A DNA stretch of 64,000 nt from Botryllus schlosseri (lineage: Eukaryota), in assembly GCA_051294905.1 (NCBI GenBank), contig CM119372.1, forward strand, positions 27,468,001 to 27,532,000, given 5' to 3'. The position numbers were made by a program, and so were the translations under genes. This document shows positions 37,783-50,748 of this stretch, piece by piece; positions within the stretch are counted from its first letter, which is position 1, and every line of letters begins with the position of its first letter. Under the pieces are notes generated by a model. It had not been told where the DNA came from, made no database searches, and saw nothing but the letters and a program-made list of their open reading frames with translations.

Positions 37783-40700
37783 CAGGGGCGGGCAACTTCT
37801 CCGGTCGGCGGGCCGGATATGGGAAAATGAAGCACTTGACGGGCCGCATTACAGAATATATACATCATACCTTAATTGCGTATCGATCCACCTATACAAG
37901 GAATCAATTGTATTTAGTGTAAACTTTAAGTTTGAAGCATAGAGACTAAAAACATTGTTTAATGAATTCATCTACAACAGCTATGATTGAAGTCAATCAG
38001 GCATCTGTGGTCGTTTAATAGTATCAACCAGTTTTTTGGACTCTGGTTGCATGTCCTATCTATGCGGAAACCCTTAGTAAAGACTGCATGCGACATCAGT
38101 TATATTGGAACGCAGCCTTCTTCGTTAATGTTCGAGGTTACTACCTTCGAGTCACAAGTCATCTCGAGTCATTGCACATTTTGATTCGAGTCAAGTCAAG
38201 TAACTCGATTTTCAAAGGTGACTCGGGTCAAGTCAAGTCACTCGATTTTTGGAGGTGACATGAGTCAAGTCAAGTGAAGTCACTGGTGAAGTCAACTTGA
38301 AATTTCAAAGTACTAGACCTGATTCAAAGTCATTACATTTTGCTAACAGTATACAGATGAAGTACCCATTTATTCTGAATCGAGGAACGAATTAGAGTAG
38401 ATTATATGCGCAAAAGGCGCTGTATCGCTCACGCAAGTATAGCGGTATGGCCTCAGTCTTTAAATATCAACCACAATACAGGATAACAGACGAAACCTTA
38501 GAGAGTTTGAAAATGATATAGTTCAGTACCCTACCCACCTACTTATCCACAATATACAATTATGAACGTATGAGCGATATTCGTTTGATTTAAATTATAT
38601 ACAAGAGGGTTGATTGAGGGGAGCAAGTCTACGACAACGTAAGCTGTTGTATAAGCTCCGATCATTGCGTTTGCGATCAATTTAATTGTGTTATAACCAG
38701 GGCTGTGGAGTCGGAGTCGGAGTCGGTGGAGTCGGAGTCGGAGTCGGGGTAATTTTCGCATGATGGAGTCGGAGTCGGAGTCGGAGTCGTGAAAACTTTA
38801 ATAGCTGGAGTCGGAGTTGGAGTCGGAGTCGGTGGGAAAATACTGACTGGAGTCGGAGTCGGAGTTTATGAGAATGACTATGACTTCGACTCCGACTCCG
38901 ACTCCAACTCCAACTTCTCTATCATGAAAACATTTGCTTTCAAAGAATTTTCAATAGAATTTTTATGTACCACCAATCACTGTTATTATTAACCATACAG
39001 ATCAGTTGCGGCCAGCCCGTGGCACGCAGGCCAAATTTGACACACGAGAAGGTTAGGTGTGGCCTTCGAGGTAACTCTCGAAATTATTTATGACATCAGG
39101 TACAATTACAAGGCCAACCAAAATTTGATTAGCATAACCGCGAAATTTGATGATGACTAAAACAACAGTTCTGACGCATTGACGTATCCAGGGGTCAGCA
39201 ACATTTATCCCAGATCTTCGTATATGACCATGAAATAGAATATTTCATAGCAGATTCATTTGACTTGAAATTTTTCTCGGTACTTCGCATGATTCATTGC
39301 CACTAGATTTCTTGCATTCAGTATTTGAGCCCCTTCTGAAAATTAGAAATACATATTATTCACAGAATTGAGTCGAACTATATTCGCAATTAGGAGATAC
39401 GGCTTCGCTTGTGCACTCGCAGCGAGATCGTCGACAAAACATTTGCACAAAATGATAGAGGCATGTTCACTGATACCGTCGATTTTGCTATGTCTAAACG
39501 TCTAATAATCCTGTCCTTGCCAAATGAGCCCAGTGGTATACAGATGCGACCCCCAATGTATGTTAGCGATATCTTTATTGATATAGCTATAGCCTAATTC
39601 AAGTCGTTATCTTGCAAAAAAAATTCGCGCTTCGCGCGACCAGGGCCTGATAACGCACTGCACAGTTGCATGACATATTGTTATCAATTTTAGAGCGTAT
39701 TAATATAAGTCTAGTTTGCAATGTTACCTAATTTGGTTCGCTCCTATCGACGACTAAAAAAAGGTTATCAACATTCCAGTTGCCCGCGCAATGGTTCGTA
39801 AATCTCTTGTGTCCCTTTCGCCGAAAACGTTGCCCACCCCTGATATAGATAAAATTAGACATTACTTGCAAATTACAACTCAGTTGCAAAGGGGAAGGAG
39901 ATCGCAAGATGCGTTTTCGCGATGCAGTCAAAATTGATGCAATTTTTGGAACTATATACCATGATACTGTGACAGAGAAAACACATCGGCTGGTTTTGTA
40001 AAATTGTAAAAATGATGTAAATATGACCAAACGATGCTTCCCACTTGACAAAATTAAAAATATTTGTAGTGTAGCTTTAGCTGTTTGGGTCGAACAAATG
40101 ATTAAGAATGACTGCAAGTCCCAATCCTTGAATACTTGATTAAGTACATGTAGACTAGACATAGGCTATGGTCTTTGACTACTTAACTAAATTCCATTTA
40201 TGACCAATGTCTATTACTAGTAGTAAGACTGTTTGTGCTTGTAATCAGGATAGTGTGCATTGACAAAATTAGTAAGTTCAATTTCTTTATTAGTTGCTGA
40301 GTCATACACAAGAGCTACACTTGGATTTTTTTATCTACATTTTTATTATACAGGATTGGATATCTTCCATATTTGAATGATTCATACATTTCAGGATATT
40401 AGAGAGTCCATGTTATAAAAACTTGAATAAGGAAGGATATTTAGCAAATCTTTATTTCATGTTAATTGCATACTGGATAATTCGAGCTGTGCCAGAATGA
40501 AACAATTTAGCATGTCACAGTTAATCATATGTTTGCATATGTTTAATGGTTGTATGAGAGTCATTCAACCGACAATGTGGCATATAATTTTTGAAGTAAA
40601 TTGGTAATAATGCTGGAGTCGGAGTCGGGAGTCGGAGTCGGAGTCGGTACGTTTGAAGACCCAGGAGTCGGAGTCGGAGTCGGAGTCGGTATATTGAAAA

Positions 40701-41107
40701 TGTGTGGAGTCGGAGTCGGAGCCGGAGTCGCTGGTAAAATTTACCGACTCCACAGCCCTGGTTATAACAATGGAGGCTCGGTAGAACGCACAATCATTGA
40801 TTCATTGGTTGACAATCCGAACTTATACAAGACACAGCGATTTAGTCGACATCGATTACTGGATGCCTTTGAATTGACTCCTAAATTTTGCTTCGATCTG
40901 CATTTCTGAAGCGTCGAGTCCTCCCAACACTGGTTCATGGTCGGAAATGTAGGTAGACCCCGACAGAGCAAGTGGTTTAATGTCCATCTTTCTTAGATTG
41001 GCAAACTTGAATTCATTCTGTGACGCATAAAATCTGTTAAAACTTTCAGAATAAAATTTCACTTTTAGAGTAAAAACTCTCAGCGGGCCGTATGTTGCCC
41101 GCCCATG
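37783..41107. mobile_element. hAT-type MITE with nested elements
   Basis: TIR caggggcgggcaac..gttgcccgcccatg; TSD ctctactg/ctctacaa. Confidence 0.7.
38698..40760. mobile_element. MITE with (ggagtc)n subterminal repeats
   Basis: TIR cagggctgtggagtcgg..ccgactccacagccctg; TSD gttataac. Confidence 0.9.
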
Positions 41108-41115
41108 CTCTACAA

Positions 41116-41932
41116 CAGTGGTTCCCAACCTTTTTCCACTCACTTACCATTTCGAGGTTTTATTCAGTGCTCGCGTACCACCTATATCAGAGGTGGCCAA
41201 TCTTTTCGCTATTCACGGCCGCATTACGATTTCTCACGTAGCCTACGGCCGCATTCCTGGTCGTAGTCGTAATGAACTCCCTGGAGGCCAAATACTCATG
41301 TTTAACTGTCCATGTCCATTTCCGGAGAGCTCCGGACTGGATAATTTATTCAGATTGGCTTACTAGACGCTCCGGAAACACGACTGGTCATGTTATAAAT
41401 AGTTTCTAGGAATCGCCATGGTCGCGTGAAGCGAGAAAATTTTTCAGATGCACGAAGTAATTTCGTCATTAATATTAGTAGTAGTTTCATACATTTCTAT
41501 CAAGCATTTACCCTTTCAAAGCCTATGTGATGAGATCACCGGTATAGTTGATGAAGGGCATATTTTAGAAAATTTAGGGCAAGCTATAAATGATGATGGA
41601 TTTTCGGGCGGCCAATTGTTGTTAATCACTATGTTGCATGTTGTTATTTCTTGACCTCCCATCGAGATTGTCAGTAGTGGACAGATATTGGAATCGCCCA
41701 AACGCAACAAAAAACAAATCTCTTTCGTGAGTAACTCACGATTCCAAGTTGATATTTCTATCTCAAAATTTTTATTTCTAATTCTATTAAATTTATATCT
41801 CTACCCCAAAATCAACCCAAGCTGAACTAATAACTTTCTTCGATCGAAAAAACAACAGAATCTACTCGCGTACCACCTAGAAGACCTTTGCGTACCACTA
41901 GTGGTACGCGTACCACAGGTTGGGAACCACTG
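41116..41932. mobile_element. hAT-type MITE carrying an internal segment homologous to MITE 31373-32236
   Basis: TIR cagtggttcccaacc..ggttgggaaccactg; TSD ctctacaa. Confidence 0.85.
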
Positions 41933-42280
41933 CTCTACAAGGTACATGTTTCGGGGACCATGATAGGACCGACAGATGCTTCAAGTACCGATAATATATG
42001 TTACTTTTATAAATCAATTCTTGGCTTAAAAGGTTTATGTTTTTGGTGGTAAAAAAATCTATTCGCGCTCCTCGATTCGATTCATTACAATTACACTCGA
42101 CTCAGATAACTACTTAAATCGTCCATTAGACCTGTCCTTCGACAAAACGATATGTGGGATTAGTACTAGGTTACAAATTATATACGAATAGCGACATGGA
42201 TGCAAAATTAATTTTCAGCACATATTGAATTTCAAAGCTTTCTCATATCTTCGAATAGTTGCAGGAAATTCATTCATCAC

Positions 42281-42377
42281 CTTGGCTGGCATTGAATCAA
42301 CTCGTCTTTGTATATCGCATTCAGGCGTTTGTACATGTCGGATTGCTCTCGGTATATCTTCCGCAGAATTGTGTTGC
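42281..42377 (-). CDS. Exon 3: GNTILRKIYREQSDMYKRLNAIYKDELIQCQP(R)
   Basis: Acceptor cttttccaccgcag|; donor AAG|GTGATG; phase 1 to 2, open frame. Confidence 0.7.
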
Positions 42378-42834
42378 CTGCGGTGGAAAAGACTGGTGAC
42401 GTAACGAAGTATTTGAAATTTACAGTGTGGCGTATTGCCTGATTTAAATTAACGAGGGGAAATGGAATCTATTATATTTGGGTCGCGATGAAGTTTACTA
42501 TTGAATTTGTCAAATATGTCAAGCACCTTATCAGACGAGCAGAGACACGGTCTCCTCCACTAAAACTAAATCATTCTTGATCACGTGAGCGCCGCATGCC
42601 ACGTTTCCCTGCTCATAATAATCAGTAAGCAGGATTTTCGTGAGAGCCATTTTGATTTAAGCTCGAAATTGAACCATGTGTTATTGATTGTGTATGCCTG
42701 AGAATTGGAATTCATTCCTATCTCCAGAGGCGTAGCGAACATCGATCGGTAAAGGCAGCAATCCAGCCGTCCTTGCATATATAATCAGCAAACGATGGTT
42801 GTCGCGAGGCAAGCTACTCAGGAGTCGGGACTAC

Positions 42835-43815
42835 TTTAGGTTCTGCTTTGTGAGCCTTTTTCATATACTACCATTTTCACTTAATTATAACATCTTTGGC
42901 TGAAATTTATTGCATTTTCACTGCGGGCCACTCTATGCGTGGCGCTGGCGGCATGAAAAAAGCAACACTAAACGAGCATGCACCATGACAATCTCAAAAA
43001 TTTTACTTGCTTTGTTACAAAAGTTTGCTCGAAATATCCAGCTTTCCGTTTGTGAATATTTAGTGACTCTTCGCTGTCAGCTAGCTTGACCCGCAATCGC
43101 GTAACATCAAGAGCGAATAAGGCTTATCCAAACAATCATTGAAATTGATAGTCGTAAACTGACTATTGCGTTGAATAACTGACTGAAGCTTTATTAAAGC
43201 AATGGTAACCAATGTGGCTTTAAGCAACATAGAACACGGCCGACAGCAGAACAGAAGAGAATAGAATGACACGGTAACGATAAGGCGACACTGTACTGTA
43301 CAACGTAACTAATCAGATAAAAGTAATTATTGCCTAATTGCGGATCCCCACATTGATATCGTTGTCTAATGTGAAAAATCCAGCAGGCGTACGGGGTCAA
43401 TCTTGACTTCATATATTTATTGTATCATGAAAAACAAATCCTTGTGATAGGGGTGTTGGCTACTACTGTATAATTTGTTAATGGAGCATTATCGGTAGCA
43501 AGTATAGAAACCTGTTTTACACTCTGCTCAATATCAACGTAGCGCAATACTCAGACGCCGAATACATTGTCAGGTCCGGCCTTGACCGTTAAGGCGTCAG
43601 TTTATATTTCCTTGCAAGTCCTCGTTTAAATTGATGGCAAAGCGACTCAAGATATTGATTTTATGGGAATATTATATCACTTGATTGCCCCAGTTGATAC
43701 ATTTGGCGACGTTTGAAACGTCAATATGTACTTCAGCATTGTGGCATTATGTGGCCAGAATCTTCGCTAGGAATCGTGTACATGTACAGTAATATAGGCT
43801 ATCACTTCACTGTTA
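42835..43815. mobile_element. MITE family A, copy lacking termini
   Basis: Homologous to the interior of 45839-46840. Confidence 0.7.
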
Positions 43816-44193
43816 TGTTTGTTTGATATTCATGGTATTTCGACTACATTGGTCATTGTGGGTCGCACAATCAATCTTGCATCAAAAGATATGGCCAACA
43901 GAAAAGGTTTGAACGCACTGGTACGTTTTAGGTAATTAATCTCAGATGGGATAGCAAATGCTACCAAATATTAAAACCAACAAAATACTCCAATGCCGAC
44001 TTTGCACATTATCATTTTGCATGCGATTTATTAACTAATAAGTATCTCGTCGCGCTTTGGCAAATTTTTACTTTTGGATAATAATATTTCTAGATTTAGT
44101 CCGAAAACAAATTTGATAGATATGTCATGCCATCACAGTCGAGGCTCATATTCCCTGCAGTAATTGCATATTCGATACTCTTACTATCAACAG

Positions 44194-44809
44194 TAGGGTT
44201 ACCACTTTTACCAAATCAGAAAGGTTAGTAGATCAACACTCAAAACAGCCGATTTCGCTTTTTTTGCTGTAAAATTTGGTGAGTTAATTATAAAAAATTC
44301 ATCACTTTCATTCGACTCCCAATTTACACACTTTTTACTGAAATTTAGTGGTGTTTACTAAAAAAAGGTCATCCCGTTGGTCGACTCCCGATTTACACAC
44401 TTATATAAGGGAAATTTAGTGGTTTTAACTGAAAAAAAAGTCATCACTTTCGTTCAACTCCCGATTTACACACTTTTTACAGAAATTTAGTGGTGTTGAC
44501 CAAAAAAAGGTCATCACGTTCGTTAGACTCCCGATTTACACACTTATATGACTAAAATTCAGTGGTGTTGACTAAAAAAAAAGTCGTCACTTTCGATAGA
44601 ACCACGAATTTCCCGCTCGAACGTCCGTCTTTGCTATTTAGCGTCATTAATGCCCATTTTAACTCGAATGTGTCCATCATCTTAGCTGTAAAGCTGTAAT
44701 GGAGGATGAATTGCCAAAAAGGAGGACATTTAGGCGTCCTCGAAGGACATTTTCAAAAACCCGAAAAAGGAGGACAAATCCTCCTAAAGGAGGACGCATG
44801 GTAACCCTA
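44194..44809. mobile_element. Blackjack-like MITE with an internal ~65-bp minisatellite (about 5 units, 44270-44600)
   Basis: TIR tagggttacca..tggtaacccta; TSD atcaacag/attaacag; repeated aaatttagtggtgtt..aaaaaggtcatc..gactcccgatttacacact. Confidence 0.85.
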
Positions 44810-45838
44810 ATTAACAGCTACTTATTCCCTATCAAATGACTACATGCCGGTGCACTATTTCTAAATTTAATACATTGGTGACAATGTTTGGTGCCACAAG
44901 TTAACACTAAAACGTCAAGTATTTCCATGTGCTTATGCCGAAAATAGAACAAGCCACTTATGGAGATGACGTATCCGACATATCGAAGTCTCATATTAAC
45001 CTCGACGTAAAGATTTGATACGTTTGTATTGATGAAAGGAAGACTTATAATGGGAGGATTACCAGAATCTTGATAACCCGACGATCATTGCTATCAATCA
45101 AAGGATGAAGTTATCAATTCCAGGAGTGAAAGCTTTGACCCGTATCATGTTCCGATCACTGGTTATTAGAAAACAAACTGCAATGGCTGATATAACAAAT
45201 ATCTTGGTTTCTACGCTATGGAAGTTACGAATATCCGGAATGTCATTTTCATCAGAAACATGTATTCGCACGATCGTGGACACAACAGTTGCAGCGGTCT
45301 GTGAGCTTGAGGATTTTCTGCAATGACGCATAGCGTGCAATACAACTGAATTTTGCATAAAATACTATGAATGAGAAATTTCAATGACATCCGTTACCGA
45401 ATCAATGACTTTTCTGTAACGAATGAAGTTTCATATCATACCGTGCACGTGTTGTTTGTACATTATCTATTTCATACGTGCTCGTAATCCGTAGAACGAC
45501 AACATTAGAAATGGGTTTCCTTCGGTGAGCAAGGCTTGTGTCGAGGGATTTTAATAAAACAAAGTCGATTTCGTTCGCAACTATTCGAAAGATCTCACGT
45601 TGACAATCTGTCTTGTTTAGTTTCAGTCTTTGCTCGTCTATGACCAATTGACCATGTCCGATACAAGAATTGCACGCTTTGCAGTTGGTCTTATCACGCT
45701 CCTTAACCGTTTGTGACATATCCGACGAGCACCGCAATGTTATTCAAACTTTATAATGAAGCCAATCCAGCTCGCCATTTTGTTACCTAAAAATTGTCTG
45801 TAAAGGTTACGAATTTTCGAATTGTGTATGGTAATCAT

Positions 45839-46840
45839 TAGGGATGGTGTGAACGTGAGGTTCCCGTTCGCGTTCTGTGTGTGAACCTCGGAAATTTAGA
45901 GGTTCACGTTCACAAACGAACCTTCGTAGGTTCTGCACTGTGAACCTTTTCCATATATTACAGTTTTTACGTCATTATAACATCTTTGGTTGAAATTTAT
46001 TGTATTGAAACTGCGGGCCACTCCATGTATGCCGCTGGCAGCATAAAAAATCAACACTAAACGAGCATGGACCTTGACAATGTGAAAAAATTAACTTGTT
46101 TCTTTGTTGTTACAAGCGTTTGCTCGAAATATCCAGCTTTCGGTTTGTGAATATTTATTGACTCTCTGCTGTGCGCTTGACCCGCAATCACACAACATCA
46201 AGAGCGAAATACGCGACATCTAGTCAGCGAATGATGCTTATTCAACGAATCAATGAAATTGATATCGTTGTCTGATGCAAAGAAATCTAGCGGGTGTACG
46301 GGATTAATCTTGACTTCATGTGCTTATTGTATCATAAAAACCACATCCGTGCGATTGGGGAGTTGGCTACAGCTGTATAACTTGTTAATGGGGTAATGTC
46401 GGTAGCAAGCATAGAAAAAAAAAACCGTTTCATAATACTCTGCTCAATATCAACGTAGCAATGCTCAGTCGCCGAATACATTGTCCGGTCTGGCCTACAC
46501 CGTTAAGGCGTAATCTTATATTCCCTTGTAAGTCCTCGTCGAAATTGCTGGCAAAGCCACGGAAGATATTGATTTTATGGGATTATTATATCATTTGATT
46601 GCCCCAGTTGATACATTTGGCGACGTTTAAAACGTCAATATGTACTGCAGCATTGTGTCATGTCGTCGCTAGGAATCGTGTACATTTATATTGGCTACCA
46701 CTTCACTGAAATGTAGGGTTGGACTTAATAATATGACGTCACGTGACGTCATGAGGTTCGCGTTCGCGTTCACACAGAACCTTTCAAAAAGGTTCGCGTT
46801 CACACGAACCTGAACCTTTCAGAGGTTCACACCATCCCTG
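45839..46840. mobile_element. MITE family A, complete copy
   Basis: TIR tagggatggtgtgaac..gttcacaccatccctg; TSD gtaatcat. Confidence 0.9.
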
Positions 46841-47302
46841 GTAATCATTGTTCTGTATACTGATTCCGACATCATGATGTCAACTTGATGCGGCTTTCAT
46901 AGGAACATTGACACGCGATATAACTCTTACACTGATAATGTCCATCTTCACAGAACGTGATTGAGCAATTCAGCGAATCCATCCTATGCCGAATAGCGTC
47001 GTCATTTAAGCAGCCGATTCGTGAATAGTCCGGGCAGGTGAAGAGCGAGGCCCAATCCAAATCTCCATCACTGAAGTTACTATAACGGATTGTAAATTTA
47101 GTATCATGAGGCTTTATCAATATTCCTCAGTCCAACTAACGAAATACGAACTATACTTCTCACTTATCTCTGTTACACACAAATGTCTAAGTTAGGCCAT
47201 GTCTAATTTAAGGTCCCTTCCGTGCTAAATGTATGATGCCAATATTGGTGATCCAGAATTCAAATTAAGTTTTTGTGAACAACACTCCATGAAATTAGCA
47301 AC

Positions 47303-48261
47303 GTTCGCGTTCTGTGTGTGAACCTCGGAAATTTAGAGGTTCGCGTTCACAACAGAACCTTGGTAGGTTCTGCACTGTGAACCTTTTTCATATATTACAA
47401 TTATAACATTATAACATCTTTGGTTCAAATTTATTGCATTTCAATTGCGGGCCACTATATGCATGGCGCTGGCAGCATTAAAAATCAACACTAAACGAGC
47501 ATGCATCTTGACAATCTCAAAAGTTTTACTTGCTTTGTTACAAAAGTTTGCTCGAAATATCCAGCTTTCCGTTTGCGAATATTTAGTGACTCTCTGCTGT
47601 GAGCTTGACCCGCAATCACACAACATCACGAGCGAAATACGTTGTCAGCGAATGATGCTTATTCAACCAATCAATAAGATTGATATCGTTTTCTGATGTA
47701 AAAATTCGAGAAGGCGTACGGGTCAATCTTGACTCAATATCTTTACTACATCATTAAAACCAAATCCGTGCGATTGAGGGGTTGGCTACTGCTGTGTAAC
47801 TTCTTAATGGGGTAATATCGGTAGCAAGTATAGAAACCCATTTTACACTCTGCTCAACATCAATGTAGAAATACCCAGACGCCGAATACATTGTCCGGTC
47901 CGGCCTAGACCGTTAAGGGGTAAGTGTATACTGTATATTCCCTGCTAAGTCCTCGTCGAAATTGTTGGCAAAACGACGGAAGATATTGATTTTATGGGAG
48001 TATTATATACTTTGATTGCCTCAGTTGATACATTTAGCGACGTTTAAAACGCATCAGCATTGTTGCATTATGTGACCCGAGTCGTCGCTAGGTATCGTGT
48101 ACAACTGTACATTAATATAGGCTATCACTTCATTGAAAGATAGGGTTGGAATTAGCAATATGACGTCATGAGGTTCACGTTCGCGTTCACACTGAACCTT
48201 TCAAAAAGGTTCACTCACGTTCACACGAACCTGAACCTCTCAGAGGTTTAAACCATCCCTA
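47303..48261. mobile_element. MITE family A, left terminus missing
   Basis: Homologous to 45839-46840; flanks ttagcaac/ttagctac. Confidence 0.8.
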
Positions 48262-48825
48262 TTAGCTACACATAAGTCCACAGGAGAGAACAGGTAACCG
48301 TGATCGTGGTGGTATGTCTCCGTACACACCTATACTGTATCGATCAATTTTGCAAGTGCGCCTATGCCCCACCAGAAACTCAAAAATTCTTGAATTCTTC
48401 ACCGGATGTGAAGCACTAGACTAGAGAATTTGTCGACCAGTCCCGCACTAATGCTATACGAAATAATCGAATTTAGATATCATTAGGTTTGATGTGATAT
48501 TAGCGATATCGTGCAGCCAGTCTGTTACCGATAGTTACATGATAAGAAACAATGACGCCAGCGTAGATCAGCGGTTACAACTATGGTGTCAAGACCCCAC
48601 GTCTTAGGTTTGATTCTGTCTTGGTGTATCCCTAGAACCCAGTCGCTGGCGTGCAATCCAGTTATAATCGCTAGCCCAAATTAATAGGTCGGGTTGTAGC
48701 AGAGATGGCATCCGGCATAAACATTCAGTCAAATCATCGTAGGAACCACTGAGCATTGAACCGCCATGGCAACCCCATATGCTCGTCATATGCCAAAATT
48801 CATACAAAACTATTGACGATTAGAA

Positions 48826-49021
48826 TAGTATATTCATAATGGAATGAACCCAAATATTTTCGGCTATCACTCGTCAGGGGTAATCGTCAGCAACGAGTAG
48901 AAAATTGTGCTACGATTGTTGATATACGATGTGTCTTTACGGTTCTCTACTAGTTGATAACGATTACCCCTGACGAGTGTCAGATGAAAATATTCGGGTT
49001 TATTTCAATATGAATGTACTA
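48826..49021. mobile_element. Inverted pair of Penelope pLTR ends (same family as 5590-6185), each with a hammerhead motif
   Basis: Minus-strand motif 48848-48881 (accc-CTGACGA-gtgatagcc-GAAA-atat-TT-gggt); plus-strand motif 48966-48999. Confidence 0.8.
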
Positions 49022-49131
49022 TACAAATGTGTATTGAAGTTCCGTACCTCCAAGAAGCTCATCAGATTTATCGACTAACGTTTATGCTATGTAGTAAGAG
49101 GCTATCGTACCAGAAACATGGGGACAAATCA

Positions 49132-50512
49132 CACTGGTCATCAAAATGAAAACAAAAAATTGACAGAACATCTGAGAGCCGGTTCTGGGGTTTTCGAGGC
49201 TGCTGATTACAAATATCACATTCGTTTGGCCAGATCGACTCTAGAAAAAAAATATTTGTACCCCTTAAGAAGCATAAAATCACAGTATTTACCCTTGAAT
49301 ATGACACTTGGTAGGAAGTAAATCTTAGATTTTTCCACTTTTATATCGCGTCTAAATAGAAAATTGACCACGATGAACACTCATGTCGTTCTCAGTGATT
49401 CCATCAATAATAACGTGACCTGATGCGAGCACTTAGTTTGTTAAAAAAGCAGTTTGTCAAGCCTAAAAATTGTACTGTTGCACACTGGAAATATATTTTC
49501 TCCTGTACCAATTGGTCATTCTACCAAGATGAAAGAGGAGTATGAAGCTATCAAGGTCTTCCCTGGAAAGCTTACCTAAGATACTCATATGCGTCTCATC
49601 TCTTTTCACTTGTAAATGGATAATTTTCCGTAAAGCCAACAAAATGGGTAGGCCTATACCTAGTACCCATATCAAACGAGAAGCTAAAATTTGAAATCTT
49701 TGATGGATTTCAGATTCGAATACGGACTAAGGATTACAATTTCATATTAAGAAAGGTGCTCACTGCATGGAACCACTTCTAGGATGTAGTAAAGAAAGCT
49801 TTTTGGAAGATCACAGAAAAACCAACTACAAACAATTGGTCCGAGAATTGGTATATGCATATGGTAGCCTTGAAGTAAACATGAGCATTTAATCTCACTT
49901 CCTGTTCAGTCATCTTGATATATTTTCTGATAATATTGTTGATTGGAGGGAATATAAAAGGGAAAGGTTCCACCAATACATCAAAACAACAAAAGAAAGA
50001 TATCAGTGCAGATGCGACGAACATATTATGACAGACTATTGCTGGAAACTTTCGAAAATCTGCACTAAACTGCTTACAACCGAAAATAGTACAATAATCA
50101 ATTTTGCTTCAAGATAAGTTAATAATGTTATAGTCCAACTGATTATTTTGAATTTAAAATATGTGGTTAACATAAAACTGTTTCAATTAATGCGACGTCA
50201 TTTGAGTATTTAGGTGAATACTTATATACAAGATTGAAGTTTATTTATGTACATGATATCCGTGAAAGTCTCCAATTATGATAAATTTATTACCCGGAAT
50301 ATAATTCTGTTGATGTATTTTGATTCAAAACAGTCTTCAGCGTGTCAAAATAACAAGTAGATTGAATTTCTGAACTTCATAGCACGACTGAGCCGCTTTT
50401 TTTATCCAGCTCATAACAGCGAAATTTGAGATTTTAGTCAAAATAGGCCCATGGATTGTCTCCAAAAATAGAGCCAATTCGAAAAAAACCAAGGTCATAT
50501 TCGGAATCAGTT
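49132..50512 (+). mobile_element. Chapaev3-like relic, second copy (inverted relative to 29237-30604)
   Basis: cactggtc terminus; NMSI*SHFLFSHLDIF..RFHQYIKTTKERYQ..IMTDYCWKL. Confidence 0.8.
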
Positions 50513-50568
50513 CCCTTCAGAACCCCAAAAACCACTCTTACTTTGTCTGCCTAAAAATATGTGTATAC

Positions 50569-50748
50569 CAGTGTTATGGACATTCGCGACTTCTGTTACT
50601 GCCGAATAATATACTAACCAATTACGCTCTACTTGGTGTTTCCAATCCGCCACACTTTGCCGCCACTCGATAACATCATCGATCCATTGCTGCCATGTGT
50701 AATCGTCGCCTCCAACACACGCTGCTGATTTCACGTTGTCAGGTAATC
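50569..50748 (-). CDS. Exon 2: GLPDNVKSAACVGGDDYTWQQWIDDVIEWRQSVADWKHQVERNWLVYYSAVTEVANVHNT
   Basis: Acceptor ttcag|GA; lies within ORF 50507..50734; donor ACTG|GTATAC chosen because its phase (1) fits exon 3. Confidence 0.7.

Noticed and set aside
38543..40909. ORFs with GVGVGV, RLRLRL or DSDSDS runs
   Set aside because: Translations of (ggagtc)n MITE subterminal repeats; the same applies to the ITITIT/NRNRNR ORFs at 22754-23126
44270..44600. Regularly spaced repeats resembling a CRISPR array
   Set aside because: Whole units are homologous with no unique spacers, they lie inside a TIR element, and there are no cas genes; this is a minisatellite
50619..50748. Shorter exon 2 using donor TG|GTTAGT
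   Set aside because: Gives phase 2, which puts exon 4 out of frame; the longer exon keeps the whole frame open
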